From: Diadema antillarum
Lineage: Eukaryota
DNA: 64,000 nucleotides
Reading direction: 5' to 3'
Assembly (NCBI RefSeq): GCF_040938485.1
Contig: NW_027271047.1
Location: 310,001 to 374,000 of the forward strand
The position numbers were made by a program, and so were the translations under genes. Each line of letters opens with the position of its first letter. Within the stretch, counting starts at the first letter, position 1. Shown here piece by piece: positions 11,424 through 38,455 of this stretch. The notes beneath the pieces are model-generated. The model was given only the letters and a program-made list of their open reading frames with translations. It had not been told where the DNA came from and made no database searches.

Positions 11424-13631
11424 ATCCCATATACTTAGGTGGGTTGCCGGAAGCAAAACAAACAAAAAAAAAAATGCTTCCGACGACTGACTGATGAGAA
11501 AAAAAAATCCTTGTGGAACGGGGATGAATTTATAATTTCACATGATGGTGATTCCGATAGATTTGCATTACAAAATCTTTTATTATAGCTTTTTCAAGTA
11601 AAGTAAACTTTCATACACGGCAGACTCATTCTTAGTATTTAAGTCATAACCTTTCATTTGATTAGGCCTACTGACTTCACAATAATCTTTCCAGTAAAAT
11701 TAGACAAAATGTTTTTTCGAATGTTGCGCTTGTATGAATTGATATGGCATAGACCTAAGGTTATAAAGTAGAGAGATTGAATTTTATATCACGCATTTAT
11801 GTCCTGTTAGAATAGAGTGAAGAAATTCACCCAAAACTACAGAGTAAATCATAAACTTATATTCTAATTTACACGGGCCAACGGCGTAAATCCGTACTGA
11901 GGAGTGGGGGGATGGTCACCATCACCACGATTACAAGCCCATAACCGGACCGGCGCAGCCTTGGGGGGGGGGGGGGGGGGGGGGGGAAGCTTGGTGTCCC
12001 CCCCCCCCCCCCCACACGCACACTTTACAGGGATCGGATGTCCACTCTTTTGCATGAAATATAAAGTGGAAGGAAAGTGGCAGCAAAAATATGAAGACTT
12101 TTTGTTCTTGTTGTTGCTTTTTTTTTTGCTTGTCAGATGACTTGCGGGGGAAAATCAGACCTTAAAAGCATGAAGACATTTTTTTTTTGTTTTTGAAATA
12201 TCTGTGAGAGAGAGCGGAGCGACCGGGTTAACGGGGGGGGGGGGGTGTATAGGGGGGGGGGTGTCCCTCTCCCACACGAGGAAGATTTTGCATTTTCAGA
12301 CCTGAAATTCAGCGATCTGGTGCACACTTTTGGTGAAATTTTTGTTTGTTTTTTCTTTAAAAAACCAATAGAAAATGAAATATTCACAATATGTTATTGA
12401 ATGACTAAATCGTGGTATTTCAGCTCTTGCTCCGCCTGTGCGACATCACTGCGAAGGCCTACTAAATAGTGGGGCCTATCACCGGCGTAGACAGGATTTG
12501 ATCTTGGGGGAGCGGTTATGAGATCGTGAGGGAGCGAAGCAAGCGAGAGGGGGGAGGGTATGGTCAGGGGGGTTTCTCCCTCCCACGGTGAAATCTTTTA
12601 CATTGAAAATTTTGACATTTTACAGTCCAAAAACTGCCGTTTGTAGCTATATTCTTCGCTTTGGAAATTAAGGGGGGCACACCGTGCGCAACTGCTGTCA
12701 ATCACTGGCAGCAACACCAGGAGAATGGCCTGTGATAAAACGTTATCCGAAAGTTTGTGCGCTCTTTTCTCACGACGGTGATTATACTCTTGTCATGTTA
12801 AATACAATTTAAGTAAATAATGAAGCAATCAGCGAATAATCGCTATCATTTCAAGGGAATTTTCTCATCTATGAGCAAAGCTCCTGAGAGAGAGGTCATG
12901 TGCACTCTGCTTTTATATCGCAATGGAACAAATCATTTCTTACCGTTTTGCCAGTGATATTACAGAAACACTAAAAACAACAACAACAACAAACTTATGG
13001 GTTCAAAGAACTTTTTTTCACGGAGTTTCGGCAGTGTACTCATATGACTCTCCTATAGCTCCTACAACAACATTTCTTTTCATGTTCGTCTTCTATCGCA
13101 GCTTGTCCGAAGGACAAGGTGAAAAGTATGATGCCCAAATTGAGATGCTTGGGCGGCCCTATAGCGTCGTTAAATGTCTTCACGTTTGTCTAGGCAATAA
13201 TTTAAAGCGGGATCTCCGGGGAGTTCGCGGGATGCAAGACGACAAATTAAAACATTTGCGATACAGAGGGGCGTGCTATGGGTGACATGGAAAGAGTAGA
13301 GAAGGTATAGCGAAAGAGAAGAAGCGTGAGCTGGAGAGATGAATAAATGGAGGAAAAGGGAGGAGGAAGGGGCGAGGAAGAACGATATGAAAGAGAGTGT
13401 TAACCCTTTCTGTGCCAGGGACTGTGGGCAGTGTGTAAAACGCCAATTTAAGGGGTTTTCTGCGCCGACCAGTACTCAAAGCACACAATGGGTTGAAGGG
13501 TATCTTGGAATTTATGATGAAAATAAATTGTATAGGCCCTGGATTGAAATTGGTAAAATCGATGTTGTTGAGTTGATGCAATTTGGGCAGAATCAGACGA
13601 AAAGTACAAAGACAACAAGAAAAAAACACCA

Positions 13632-13632
<1 letters not shown>

Positions 13633-13680
<48 letters not shown>
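13633..13680. repeat. (AAC)n microsatellite
   Basis: Directly visible; explains the poly-Asn of ORF 13339..13707. Confidence 0.95.
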
Positions 13681-13682
<2 letters not shown>

Positions 13683-15249
13683 AGTGGATGTCATTGTCAT
13701 GTTATGACATGGCATCATCTTATGCGAAGTAGGAAATACAGTCTTTAACTCTGATCACGTGACCATAATGATATTTTGAATACATTCACTTTGAGTCTGT
13801 GTGTGTGTGTGTGGTACTGCATGTTATGTGTGTGATTGCTGTGCATCTGTTTATTGTGTATGCGTGTGCGTGAAGTGTGCACGGAATCAACTCGACCACA
13901 AGCAGTAGTACCGTAGCAAGGGGTGACATTCGATCGGAAGAGCTATCTTATACGAAAGGGAAATGACAACGTATGGCACGGAGAAAACCTAGACGGATCA
14001 GAAGAAACGCTAGTGGCGTGACATAAGAAACGCACGCTATACATCACGTCTGAAGTGAAGAATATCGGTGTCCTTAATTTCGAAACTAATTTCCTCGCAC
14101 ACTCACGTCGCCTGTTCCTAGCATGTATGTCTTGGATTCCTCATTTAGCAGCCTATCTAATCCCCAAGCAAGTACAACATGCCGTGAATGTGTGGTACTG
14201 ATGTTGTAATACCCCCCTCCGCACCCCAATCCCTGTTTGAAGTTTTCCGTGAGGTTCTTGTCCTATCGTAGGCGTCACTGTCCTCTACACATCGAGCTGG
14301 GGAATGGATCGTGGCGGGAAGAAGATGGATAGAAGCTCCTGAAAGTAACAAGACACTGTGATTGACCAAAGTGGGTATCGATTTTAGGGGAAAAAAGGAA
14401 GTAGCGATGTCTCTGGGAGGGACAATTTTCGTTTTCTTGATATTCATAACAAGACAATTCATCTCCAACCATTGACCAATTAAATTCATTTTATCTTACA
14501 AAAGTTGATTTAATTCCTGTATAGTTTTCGAACGAACAATCATCAGCATACAAACACATCTTTGAATCATTTCCCAAATCAACTGTACAAAGTAAAATGT
14601 CATTTACAAATATTGTGAAAAATAATTGACCTAACAGGGAGCCTTGAGGTATCCCAATAGAAACTTTTCTAAACGCAGACTGGGCCTCATTGATACAAAC
14701 ACACTGTTCCCTATCTCGGAAATAATCAACACACCACTCTAATTCTTTACCACCAATACCATACCTGCTCAATTTTTCAAACAATATAGTATGATTCACT
14801 GTATCAAAAGCACGTTTTAAATCCAGAAATATCGCCCCAATAGCATAGCTTTGATCAATACACCTTAACATAATTATATTCATTCAAATCAAGCAAACAA
14901 TACTTGTTGAATGCAGTGGACGAAATCCCGATTGACAATCGCTTAACAAATTATTATCGTTCAGATAACGATACAATATTGTCCATGAACTAATTTTTCA
15001 AATGTTTTCATTATGACTGATACCACAGAAATGGGTTGGTAATTTTCTGATTTTGTCTTTTCACCTGATTTATGTACTGGTGTGACTCTCTTCCGCTTCC
15101 ATTCACAGGGTATACCTGTTTCAATGGATGCACTTAACAAATGAGTAAGAGGCTGTGTGACAAATGGATGCCCTCTTTTAACAGCCGAGGATGAATGTCG
15201 TCTAATCCAGGTGCCTTGTGAATAAGTGAAGTGCTCATTGAAAGCATTG

Positions 15250-15780
15250 CACTGTAAAAACATGGGTGTTAGATTTAACACCACGGGTGTTAAATCTAAC
15301 ACCGATCAAACTTCAATAAAGGACCACACCCACAGGTGTTGAAAATGCACTGTGATGGTGTTGAAAAGTGTTCACCTGACACTTCGTGATGTTATTTTGA
15401 CACTGTACCTGGTGTTCTTTTGACACTGTACTGGTGTTAATTCAAAAATGACACCACATGGTGTTGATTTGATATTTGTTGGTGTTGATATCAATGGCTT
15501 AACACCCGTCCAGCTGCAATAAGAGACCACACCAGCTGGTGTTACTGTGGTGTAAATTTATTTTCACATTTTTTCAAAAATCTAGTATTTTAATGTAAAA
15601 TTCTTGATCGTCTTGTTTAAATTAAAAATCAACAAGAAGTGCAGTTACTAAGAAACTCTTCAAAAAACAGTTTAAAATTTTGAAATGACACCCGGAGGTG
15701 TTAATTTAACACCAGAAATGAGCACCGAAAATTTAACACCAGCTCGGTGTTCACTATTTAACACCGGACTTTTTGCAGTG
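15250..15780. mobile_element. CACTA/EnSpm-like non-autonomous element nested in the decayed LINE
   Basis: Termini CACTGTAAAAA / TTTTTGCAGTG, 2-bp TG duplication on both sides, and many subterminal AACACC/GGTGTT repeats. Confidence 0.8.
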
Positions 15781-16955
15781 TGGCAACGTCACTTGCATTC
15801 GATGATTTGGTACCATTGACATTTAGCTCAACCTGTCTAGTCTTTGAACTAGTCGTAAATGACTGCAACGCTTTCCATGTCTTTCTAGAATCGTGGCTGC
15901 AAGAGTGAAATTCATCAAACTAATATTGCCGCTTTAACTTCTTATTCATGTTATTAAGTGAATTACGGACCCTCTTATATTTTTCCCAATACATTGTATT
16001 ACCAGTGTCATCAAATTTCCTTTTCAAAAAATCATTTTCTCTAGCCAATTCAACATATGCATTATTTATCCAAGGCGAATATTTATTCCGTTTTCTTATA
16101 GATATCTTAGGGGCATGCTTATCACATGACTTCAAAAAAGATTCCTTAAAAATTTGACATAGTTGATTTACGTCACGTTTCTCACAATATGAGGACCACG
16201 ACAGCTCATTGCCGTCGGAAAAAAAAAAAGTTCTCTGTCAAACTTTTTAAACGAACGAAATATGCAACTCTGAGAAATATCATGAGGTACTTTGATTTTT
16301 AAATTTACATAATATGAACGAATGATCACTGAGCCCCATTGAAATAACGCCTGACTTTACACTTATTGCTGTTCCCATTTGGTACAAGAATAAGGTCAAT
16401 GCATGTGCGACTACGATCAGTAATTCTCGCGGGCTTGTCAACAATCTGTTGCAACTGAAGGTAAGTACATAGATTACATAGATTATGAATCTTGTCTGAC
16501 ATTGCGTTTTGACTTAACATGTTGACGTTAAAATCACCAAGTATTACAACATTTCTGGAAATATCTAACACTGTTTCTATGCGTGATTCTAGCTCATCAA
16601 AAAACTGTGCTGTACTATTTGGTGGTTACTGGTCGATATACCACTCCGACATACCATGGCTGGGATTGTTTTATATGAATCTGTAACCACAGACTAGGAG
16701 CTCCAGTTGCTCACATTCTAAATCACATCGTCTTGAATACAACAAATTTGAATTCATATAACAGATCACTCCACCACCACAGAGGTTTCTGTCTTTTCTT
16801 TCCAAATCATAACCATTCACTTGCAATTCATCGTCAGATGAGTGTCATCTAACCAACTTTCCGAAATGGTTAGCACGTTAATCGGGTTGTGTGATAAAAA
16901 ATATCTTATATGATCTATCTTATTTCTTAAACTTCTTACATTCAAATTGCCAATC

Positions 16956-17292
16956 TTAAAGGGAACCCAAACCCAAAGAGCAATGTGGATTGAGTAAAAG
17001 CAGCAAATTTAGTAGAACACATCAGTGAAAGTTTGAGGAAAATCGGGCAATCGATGCAAAAGTTATGAATTTTTAAAGTTTTGGTTTTGGAACCGCTGGA
17101 TGAGGAGACTACTACAGGTTATGACGTATGAGTGGACAACAATATAAAGAAAATATAAAAGGTAATTCCACAAAAATGCACTTTTCTAACATAATAAAAG
17201 AGCACTTAACTAACCGCTTTCAGAAAGCAAGGGGAATAATTGCTACTCTTAACATTGTTTGTCATATCAAGTTGATGGAATATGTAATTTTC
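16956..17292. mobile_element. Truncated TTAA/AGG (Kolobok-like) MITE, related to 30839-31400
   Basis: Shares GCAGCAA..TTAGTAGAACACATCAGTGA.AGTTTGAGGAAAATC...AAAAGTTATG with the copy at 30839; sits between the PHD and APE fragments. Confidence 0.75.
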
Positions 17293-18715
17293 AGGCCCGT
17301 GCCTTTTAATTCACTGATGACAGAACTTTCATCCATCTCAATCAGAGGACTAACATTTCTGAAATTATTGCTTGAAATCGGTTCAAATTCATATTCTTGA
17401 TGAGCAACATCAACAAAACGAAGCTCCTTGCATGCATTACAAATCCAATCCTGATCACTCTGATATACGTCGAGCATTATGTCGAGTGGAACATTACGCT
17501 TTACTGAATGACACCATTGTATACACAATTCACACAGAGTATAGCATTCTGATTATTTTTTACAGGTATAAAGCTGCATACAAGACGTGGGTACTTAACG
17601 TATAGGTTGAGAATTAAGTTGGATACTTTGAGGAATCGACATTATGAAAAAAAAAAAAACCATACCTATCTCTGTATCACAAACTGCATAAATCCATTCA
17701 GAGACGGTCAAGATCACGTGTGTTTGCGATGTTTATTACTTTATTCTGCGAGGTGGGAGCACGAAGTATTCTTTTTTATAAAAGTTATGACCTGCCAGTA
17801 TAGATTCAGCCCGTTTTTGCAATGTTTTAATACTTGTATACAAGCTGCAGTTCTGTTGGCCCATTGAAAGTGGGTGAGAAGGGTACTTTCGTGAACCGTT
17901 TATCTCAGTTGAAATGTCGCCCGTTGTTGTTGTTGTTTTTTGTTAGATTTATAAATTCAGTTGTTGTTCATTATTCTTAGTAAGATTAAGTCTAAAGAAA
18001 TTGCATTTTGGTCTGGTATCTTAATTTCAAAAATCCATCGTATATTATCCGCGGTATAGGGGCCTATAAAAGAGTGGGAAAGAAAACATTACTCTTTTAA
18101 AAAAAAATCAATTTAATATGAACAAAATTTCTGGTTGAGCAAACACAATGCATTCATACGATGTAGGGATAATTACCACTAAATTCAACGTTTATTTTGA
18201 TGCTATAGGCCTTCGATACATTGTATGCCCGCAAAAAAAAAAAAAATAATAATAATAATAATGATAACGATCGCTAAACATGCGATCTTGGCAGATGTCA
18301 TTACGCTGACATCGAAAATCAACATCAAGGGGAAATAATAATTATATTTTTCATGATAATAGTAAGAAAAAAAAATGTTATTTTTGACCCCTATAGTGGA
18401 TCAAGAGTCAACGGTGCTCCTCCCCCCCCCCCCCCCACCCAATCCCTCCATTTCAATCACTCGGACCAAACGAATCTCGGGGCGAAACCCTCGGAAAGAA
18501 ATGGGTTTTGTTTGTTTGTTCGTTTTTGTTTGCCTGTCATTGTCTGTTTTTGTGTTCTTTTTGCAGGCCCGTAAGTTGGATTTTCATGGGAAGGTTCAAA
18601 ATTAGAAAAAGTGGACCACTTCCGGGTTTAGTCAGCTGACAAGCAAAACAAACAAACAAACAAACGACTCCCCCAGCATTTTTTCTCTTGCCAATTCACC
18701 AGACAAGCAAAAAAC

Positions 18716-18747
<32 letters not shown>

Positions 18748-19350
18748 AAAACAAAATCGAAAACAAAAACAAACAAAAAACACTTTTTAAATATTCTGGT
18801 GCCATTGATATACAAGCCCCGTTTCATTTTTTTTTTTCCAAAACGGGGGGTTATTTTCACTTCCCTTAATTTTTCTGTCAGCTGGCAAACAGGGGGGGGG
18901 GGGATTCCGCAGAACCCTTTGAACACTCCACTTCCTAGTTACAAGCCTATTTGTGTAAGAGCAAAAAAATTGTGGGGGGCTCCCCCTTGGAACACCAGGA
19001 CCACCTGGCCCACCTATCCGCTACCCGCCACCCAGTACATGTATCGTATTATTGCTCCCGAGTCGCGCTAGAAAAAAAACAAACAAACAAACAACTCATT
19101 TTGTATGAACACACAATAATTCTAGACTAAGAAAAAAAAGACCAACTTACATACAAAATCCCATAATACACAGTCACGTGTCACGACCTAGAGGAGATAC
19201 AATGCTTTCGTGATTCCACCGAATCTTGTAATTATTATGATCAATTCGGCAATGCTAATATTGCAGTGTAGCATTGACGCTAAATCTATTGGCTGACTTC
19301 AACCTGCACCTCCAGCTCCCCACTTAAATTGTACACATGATACAGATCGA

Positions 19351-19366
19351 TCTTTTGCACGATAAC
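19351..19366 (+). promoter_or_regulatory. Putative TCT/5'TOP start of RPL11
   Basis: TCTTTT pyrimidine motif 16 nt before the ATG; typical of ribosomal-protein gene starts. Confidence 0.5.
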
Positions 19367-32329
<12,963 letters not shown>

Positions 32330-33054
32330 GCCCAGCCTGTCTCCATACCGCCCTCTATGGCTGCTTTGTCAGCTTCCTCCGCATCAGTGCAACACCACTC
32401 TTCTCATCATGCCATGAAAGCTGTATTGTACAAATAAACTCAACAACACGCCAAGAATGTACTCCAGTCTCTTTTTATTTGTAGTGTTCGAGTTTGTAGA
32501 GCAGTATTCTCTGTCATCTTAGCTTTAAACACTAGCCAGTCTCAGGAAGGCACCAAAAACTTTTTCCTCAAGGTTTATGAGTCGGGAAGTCTGAGTAAAA
32601 TCTAATTCAGTTCAAGCCTTGATGATGGATTTGCATGGAACATAAACAACCTTTCTCTCAGTTCATAAACACTGATGAAGATTGTGGTCTGAAAAGAACA
32701 AACGAACAAACAAACCCACACACACTTACATCCACCCCAAACGAACACAGCCTTGTACACATTGGCAGACGACTAAGGTACTGTATAAGCTGTCATTTTT
32801 ATGTACAGATAATTTTGCGAATGACGAGGTCACAGACATTTTCACGAGATGTCACTTTCGTAAAATGACACCGAGGCTTTCGCAAGTGCACTACAGTATT
32901 TTATTAGCGCATGGCGACATTTCTGAAAATTTGTAGTCTAACTGCAATATACAAAATTTGTAGAAATAACAGTTTTATACAGTATACAAATTACTGTAAT
33001 TTATATACACTCTGTACATAAACAGTGTTGTGTGAAAGCACAACGGAGGACCTT

Positions 33055-33224
33055 GGGGGTGTTTCATAAAGTTGTTCGTAAAGTTACGAACGACTTATGA
33101 GCGACTGGTGATCAGTTCTTATGCTGAATTATGGAAATTCTGATATGTACAGCACATCAGAACTGATCACCAGTCGCTCGTAAGTTGTTCGTAACTTTAC
33201 GAACAGCTTTATGAAACAGGGCCC
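33055..33224. mobile_element. Near-perfect hairpin MITE (~65-bp arms)
   Basis: TGTTTCATAAAG...GAGCGACTGGTGATCAGTTCT / AGAACTGATCACCAGTCGCTC...CTTTATGAAACA. Confidence 0.85.
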
Positions 33225-33336
33225 TGGTCATAATAACAGGATTCGACTGTACAGTGTACAGTAATGTACTGTATACAACTGCTGTACTAATTTTAATGTA
33301 TGTGGTCGAAGTGTGTGTGGAGGGTGTGATTGGTTA

Positions 33337-33582
33337 CAGCTCGTTATTCTGAAGGTTCTTCAGTCCGAAGATTCGTTATTCCGAAGATTCGTTATTTCGA
33401 ATTTCATTTTCAGATTAACAAATCTTCGGAATAACTCCACAAATGTTCGGATTAACGAACCCTTTCTCATTTTCGGATTAACGAACCTCTAGGTATAGGG
33501 AATTTGTGTGTTTCGGATTAACGAACCTTCGGAATAACGAACCTTCGAAATAGCGAACCTTCGGAATAACGAACAGCACCCG
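33337..33582. repeat. MITE-like element built from 16-bp TTCGTTATTCCGAAG units, inverted in its right half
   Basis: TTCGTTATTCCGAAG repeats on the left and TTCGGAATAACGAA / TTCGGATTAACGAA on the right. Confidence 0.75.
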
Positions 33583-36500
33583 TGTGATTGATGGAGCTGG
33601 TGGCTAGATTAGCAGATGCGTCAACTCCTGTATGGATGGTAGAAATCTACAAGATACCACAAAATAATTTTATCATTACAAACAAGTAGCCCTCCACTCC
33701 CCATCTCTATTCTACACTGTATGTACACTCGGTAAACCTACAAACATAACTAAATACAATACATGTATTTGTACAGTAATGGAAAGTTGAGTTACCGCCC
33801 CCATCTATGGAGTGAATCTCCGAATGATATCCTTGGGGGGAAATCACGAGCTCTTCTTGTGTTTTATTTTTCTTTTGAATTTTCTATTTCATTTTTTTTT
33901 TTTTTTTAATAACGCCAAAGGGTTGGGTATGCTACAGCCCCCACCTCCCCTGTCCCACGGCCGCTGATATATATGTTACAACCAATGGGCTTCCATTTTA
34001 ACAATATTTCTTTGTTCAAAACAAAAAATAAAACAAAAAAAAAAATCTCGCTGGCCCGAGTATCTCGTTATAACCAGGTTTGCCTTAAACATGGTAAAGA
34101 ATGAACTAGAACACTTCAACTGATGAAAACATGCTCCATTTATTTGATAGATCACAATGACGACAGATCATACATTAACAGTACACTTGTATATTCATGG
34201 ACAAATTACTTATCTCGATTCCCACAACAAATGATTGTATTACATACTATGATTGGGTTATGCAATTATACATGAGGATAAAATCCGTCTAAATGTGGCA
34301 AGAATAGCTTTGATATACAATAATTGGTAACATGCATACCTCACAATGTAAATCAATACATAACCAACGATTTAGTCCAGCACTTACTAGCTTGTAACAA
34401 ACTGAGAATGTACTAAAAAATGTAGATAGGAACATTTACATTATCCCTCTGCGAGATACAAGCTACGACCATCGTGATAGCTGCAAAAACTGGACAAAAT
34501 GGCGAAACTCTTCCATCAATGAGTGATAGAAAAAAAAAATCTTGCATTTCTAACTGTGCACTCTATACATGCATCATGTTTTCCTGAAGTTTGCGTACCG
34601 ATTCGTATTCATGAATGTGTACTTCGTGAATAATGCCCCCCCCCCCCCCCGAATTCAAGCTTGCTAAATAGCCCAGGTAAGTTAGGGTTAAGAGCTAGAA
34701 GGATCAACTAATCTCTGCATTTCTTTTGTCTTTAACGATAAATAAAGGGGGCGAGCGCCTTTTGCGCCCCCTCTGGACCCTCCACTGATTTTGTGTCAAT
34801 GCAATCCCTGCTAGACTGATATTATCATCATACAGCGGAATTCAGTCAAGACATGGAGTGGTTTCTCAAAAGACCTATCAGGCTATATACTCGAGAACAA
34901 CATGGGAAATTTGAAGACATAGGCCTACTTCCCACTTGTAGAAGAAGAGAGAGCTCATTGATGAGGACTACAAATTAGATCGTGTCAGGTCGCAAAGGCG
35001 TTGCAAAAGAAATTGAAATAGCAACACAAGAATTATGTAAAACTAATACAAGAGCCTCATTGATATAGCTGGAAATATCAGGTCTTTTCCTACACGATAT
35101 TAAGGTCCCATCTCGCTGTGTGGTGAAGTGTCTCTCCAACGTGTCTATAGCTGGAAATTCTTGGTCTGAAATTGTGTTACCATATATCCGTTATGCAGTA
35201 TTGCTGTTACATTACACTATGAGACAAATGACAAGAAAATCATGCTAACATAAAATTATTTATACTTCAATACAAATTTTGTGACACAATTTGCTCGTAT
35301 GCTTAACTAAACGTTTGAAGCTGATCCTGCACGAAATGAAATCTTAGAAAATGATGAAAGAAGGCTTAGACTCATGATTTAAGTGAAGGCTGCAAGTGAG
35401 TAGCAAGTATCAGCAAGTAATAGTGATTAAGATCAGCATTTGAAGTTGGAGTAGATCTCTTAATTGTTTTAAAGAATCCTTGCTCTTAGGCTGTTAGGTA
35501 TAAGCCTTTCCGCAGTTTGAAACAAATCCCTATATTGTTTGTTTTCATGACAAGGCAGTAACAAGCTAAGAGCGAAAATATAGATGCATATTTACTATGA
35601 ACGAAGTAGACAAAAAGTTATGCAGATTTATTCATGTTTTTCGAAGTACTGTATATAAATGTGAGGCACTTTGTGTGAGAAAGGTCCGATTCTGATTTTC
35701 AAAAATGATAAAACAGCGATGCACATAATTATAGACCTGAACTCTGTTTTCATTATAATTAGTTATGAGTATTATTATGATTATTCTTATTATGACTAAT
35801 ATACAGACGAAAACGTATACAAGATTGCAAAATACAATACAAAACTAGATAACATTAGTGATGCCTACATTCAAATAATTAATATGCAAACAACACTTCG
35901 TTTATATTTTGCCATATACCACAACGTATAAACCAGCCATGTTTCCCTGTAAATCCTTGTTAATGATAATTAGGTTATCCCTGTTACGCTGAATTTTTAC
36001 CGCATTCACATTATCAAAATTGTGCGTCATTTCTTTTCATCTGTGACAATACTGCAAGATAATCAGAAGTGTTATCAATGATGAATAAAATCTTGGGCAC
36101 ATTATACCACACGATATAGTTTGCATTATAACATAATTATGCTTTATTGAGATACCAACACAGTGTCGTAGGCTTGTAATAATTGATAGTATGAAAGAAA
36201 TGTGTGCCTGTTTAAAAAAAAAAAGTGCAGGGTAAACTCTATTCCATTCAGTAGAACAGCTCATGTACAGATATAAGAATGGAATGGTCTTTGCTAAAAC
36301 AAAGCGATTTACCAAAGTGTGTGGCGCAAGTAAACTTATAACTCAGTGTTGTGAAGGGACTGTTTGAGATGGGAATATCAAACAAGAAGCCATTATAGAC
36401 ATGAGAACGGTTGTTTCCTTCACATCTGGAGGTATAGAACATTCCATAATTGAAGGGCTGGAAGTTGAAAGAAAAGGGCCCGAGAGCAGGAAGTATAATG

Positions 36501-37444
36501 ACAAAATCTGAGTTCTATTTTTGATATATCTCATAAGCTATGTGGACTTGCTTAGTTTCTCCTTTGTTCTATTAGCGATGCCATGAGACCTATACGTCAT
36601 TGCTGCCGAGGTGAAACATATAGCTCAACCAAGGAGGTCCTACAGAAAGTGGCAAAATTCACATTGACAGCAGACTTTTTTTTCTGTAGGCCTATACAAG
36701 ACATTAAGTGTCTCCGTTGATTATTTCACATGAAGAAACGCGTTTACTGCATCATTTGGAGAGGACCTCCCCCGTTCAGGAGGGAGAAAAATGTGATTGT
36801 ATCATCTTTCTTTACTGCCACCGAAAGGCTGTACTACTAAGTCTCAATTTTTACGTAGATTTTACGTATACAGCATTGTGTCAAAACCTCGTGTTTCTTG
36901 TTGAATTAGAGGTGGAAGTACATTGTAGATCTTTTTTAGCTATTACTTATCCTATTGTTTTGTAAATACGTGTTCAGGTCGGATACTGATGTCATATGTT
37001 GCACATATAGAGCATTATCTTAGGACAATGTGTGCACACTTTTGCTGCAGCATGACTAATTGTCAATGAGATATTCACGAAAGCAAGGTAATATCAATCA
37101 GAGGGGTAAAGGTGTGAATTTTCTTCTGTTTATTTCCCTCTACAAATGAAAAAAAAGAAGAAATTTGTAAGATCGCAACTGCTGATCTATATAGCAGTAT
37201 AGATGACAGGTTTAATCTCTTGATTCCTTCTTTCCGGTATGATTGTTAGATTATAGACCAGTAGGGAAACGAATTGAAGAAATTCACACTTCAATATCAT
37301 TCACGTCATGTCTTTATAACGGAGTTGGTCTTTCGTCAGATCTTGTTGTGAATGTGCTTGAAAGTAATTCGATATTGGCTGCATGAATTATGATAAGGGT
37401 ATCAGATACCGTTCCTATACACCTATCTTCGAAGACCATGATGC

Positions 37445-38413
37445 CTAGTCATCTTCGTCTTCCCTGATGTTGAAATATGTCAGCTGATTGTCGTCATCGC
37501 TCTGATTGCCGGCATCGTCGTCGTTTGGCGCTGAGAGGTTGTTGACCTGTTCCTCCAGGTCACTCAGGTCAAGCTCTCGGATCGTGAATGGCACCTCTTT
37601 CCATTTCTTGAAGAGCATCTTGTATCCCTGTTGGTTTATTAACGTGAAATTCTTCACAGCAATGAGGGGCAGCTCGTGTCCTCTGTAGACCACCATGGTC
37701 CCCCATTTCTTTTGGCACTTGCCGCAGAAGATCTCTTGACGGTGCTCTATTTCGTCGAAAACCTTCACCTTCTCAAAATCCTTCAGCTGGATGTACTGAA
37801 GGAATTGATCGTTGCAGACCACGTGATGGGTATTTCTGAATGATCTAATGTCATCCGAAGTGCAAGGCACGGTCAAACACTTGATGCATTTGAACTTTAT
37901 GGACATATCGACTCGCCTAGCAGTCTTGGCTTCCAGACTCCGCTTTTTCATCAGGCGTTCTTTCTGGTCTTCCCTCTGCTCCTCTTGTATCTTAGAGAGA
38001 CAAGACACAATAACGGTTAAAAATAGCATCAGACTACAAACTTTCGAGGACATTTAAGTTAATTTGCTCGCACAATCCGAGAGCTTTGGAAGTATGTATG
38101 CAATTTTAGTTTGGTATAGTTTTATGAAGGCGTAATTCGTTTATTTCATTTTTTATAGGGTTTTACCGTGAAGACAGGACAAGTTACCCTATAATGACAG
38201 TGGTCATATCATGGCATCATTATTTCGAGGTTATTGCCATAGCTCTGCAAAAAGTTCTCATTATTTATCGTTCCCATGAATGTTTGCGGGCGAATGTCCA
38301 TCGACTGAGCTGAAAGGAACACCAATCGACACTGGGGTTAAATCGTGCACGTAGTATAACATGTGCTGTCATTTTTGCTAAGGGCCTATACATGTATAGT
38401 TATGGTGTGTGTG

Positions 38414-38455
<42 letters not shown>

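Larger units (their letters stand above)
14420..17560 (-). pseudogene. Decayed L2/CR1-group LINE ORF2 (PHD-APE-RT), interrupted by two MITEs
   Basis: Collinear fragments: PHD (CIQWCH...WICNAC, ~17380-17550); APE (ESWLDD, RKDR..GGGV, ILGDFNVN, IDLI); SPWIN linker; RT (NYQPIS, FLDLKRAFDTVNH, PQGSLLG, LYADD). Multiple stops and frameshifts. Confidence 0.9.

Noticed and set aside
13339-13707. 122-aa ORF ending in poly-Asn
   Set aside because: Made of a purine-rich tract, a TTAACCCT transposon end and an (AAC)n repeat.
32619-32692. TGATGA...CTGA...CTGA (C/D-like)
   Set aside because: Downstream of the polyA signal, no terminal stem, no recognisable rRNA complementarity.
36262-36510. Coding-looking plus-strand frame with one in-frame TGA
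   Set aside because: No recognisable domain, no donor, no SECIS evidence; likely chance.
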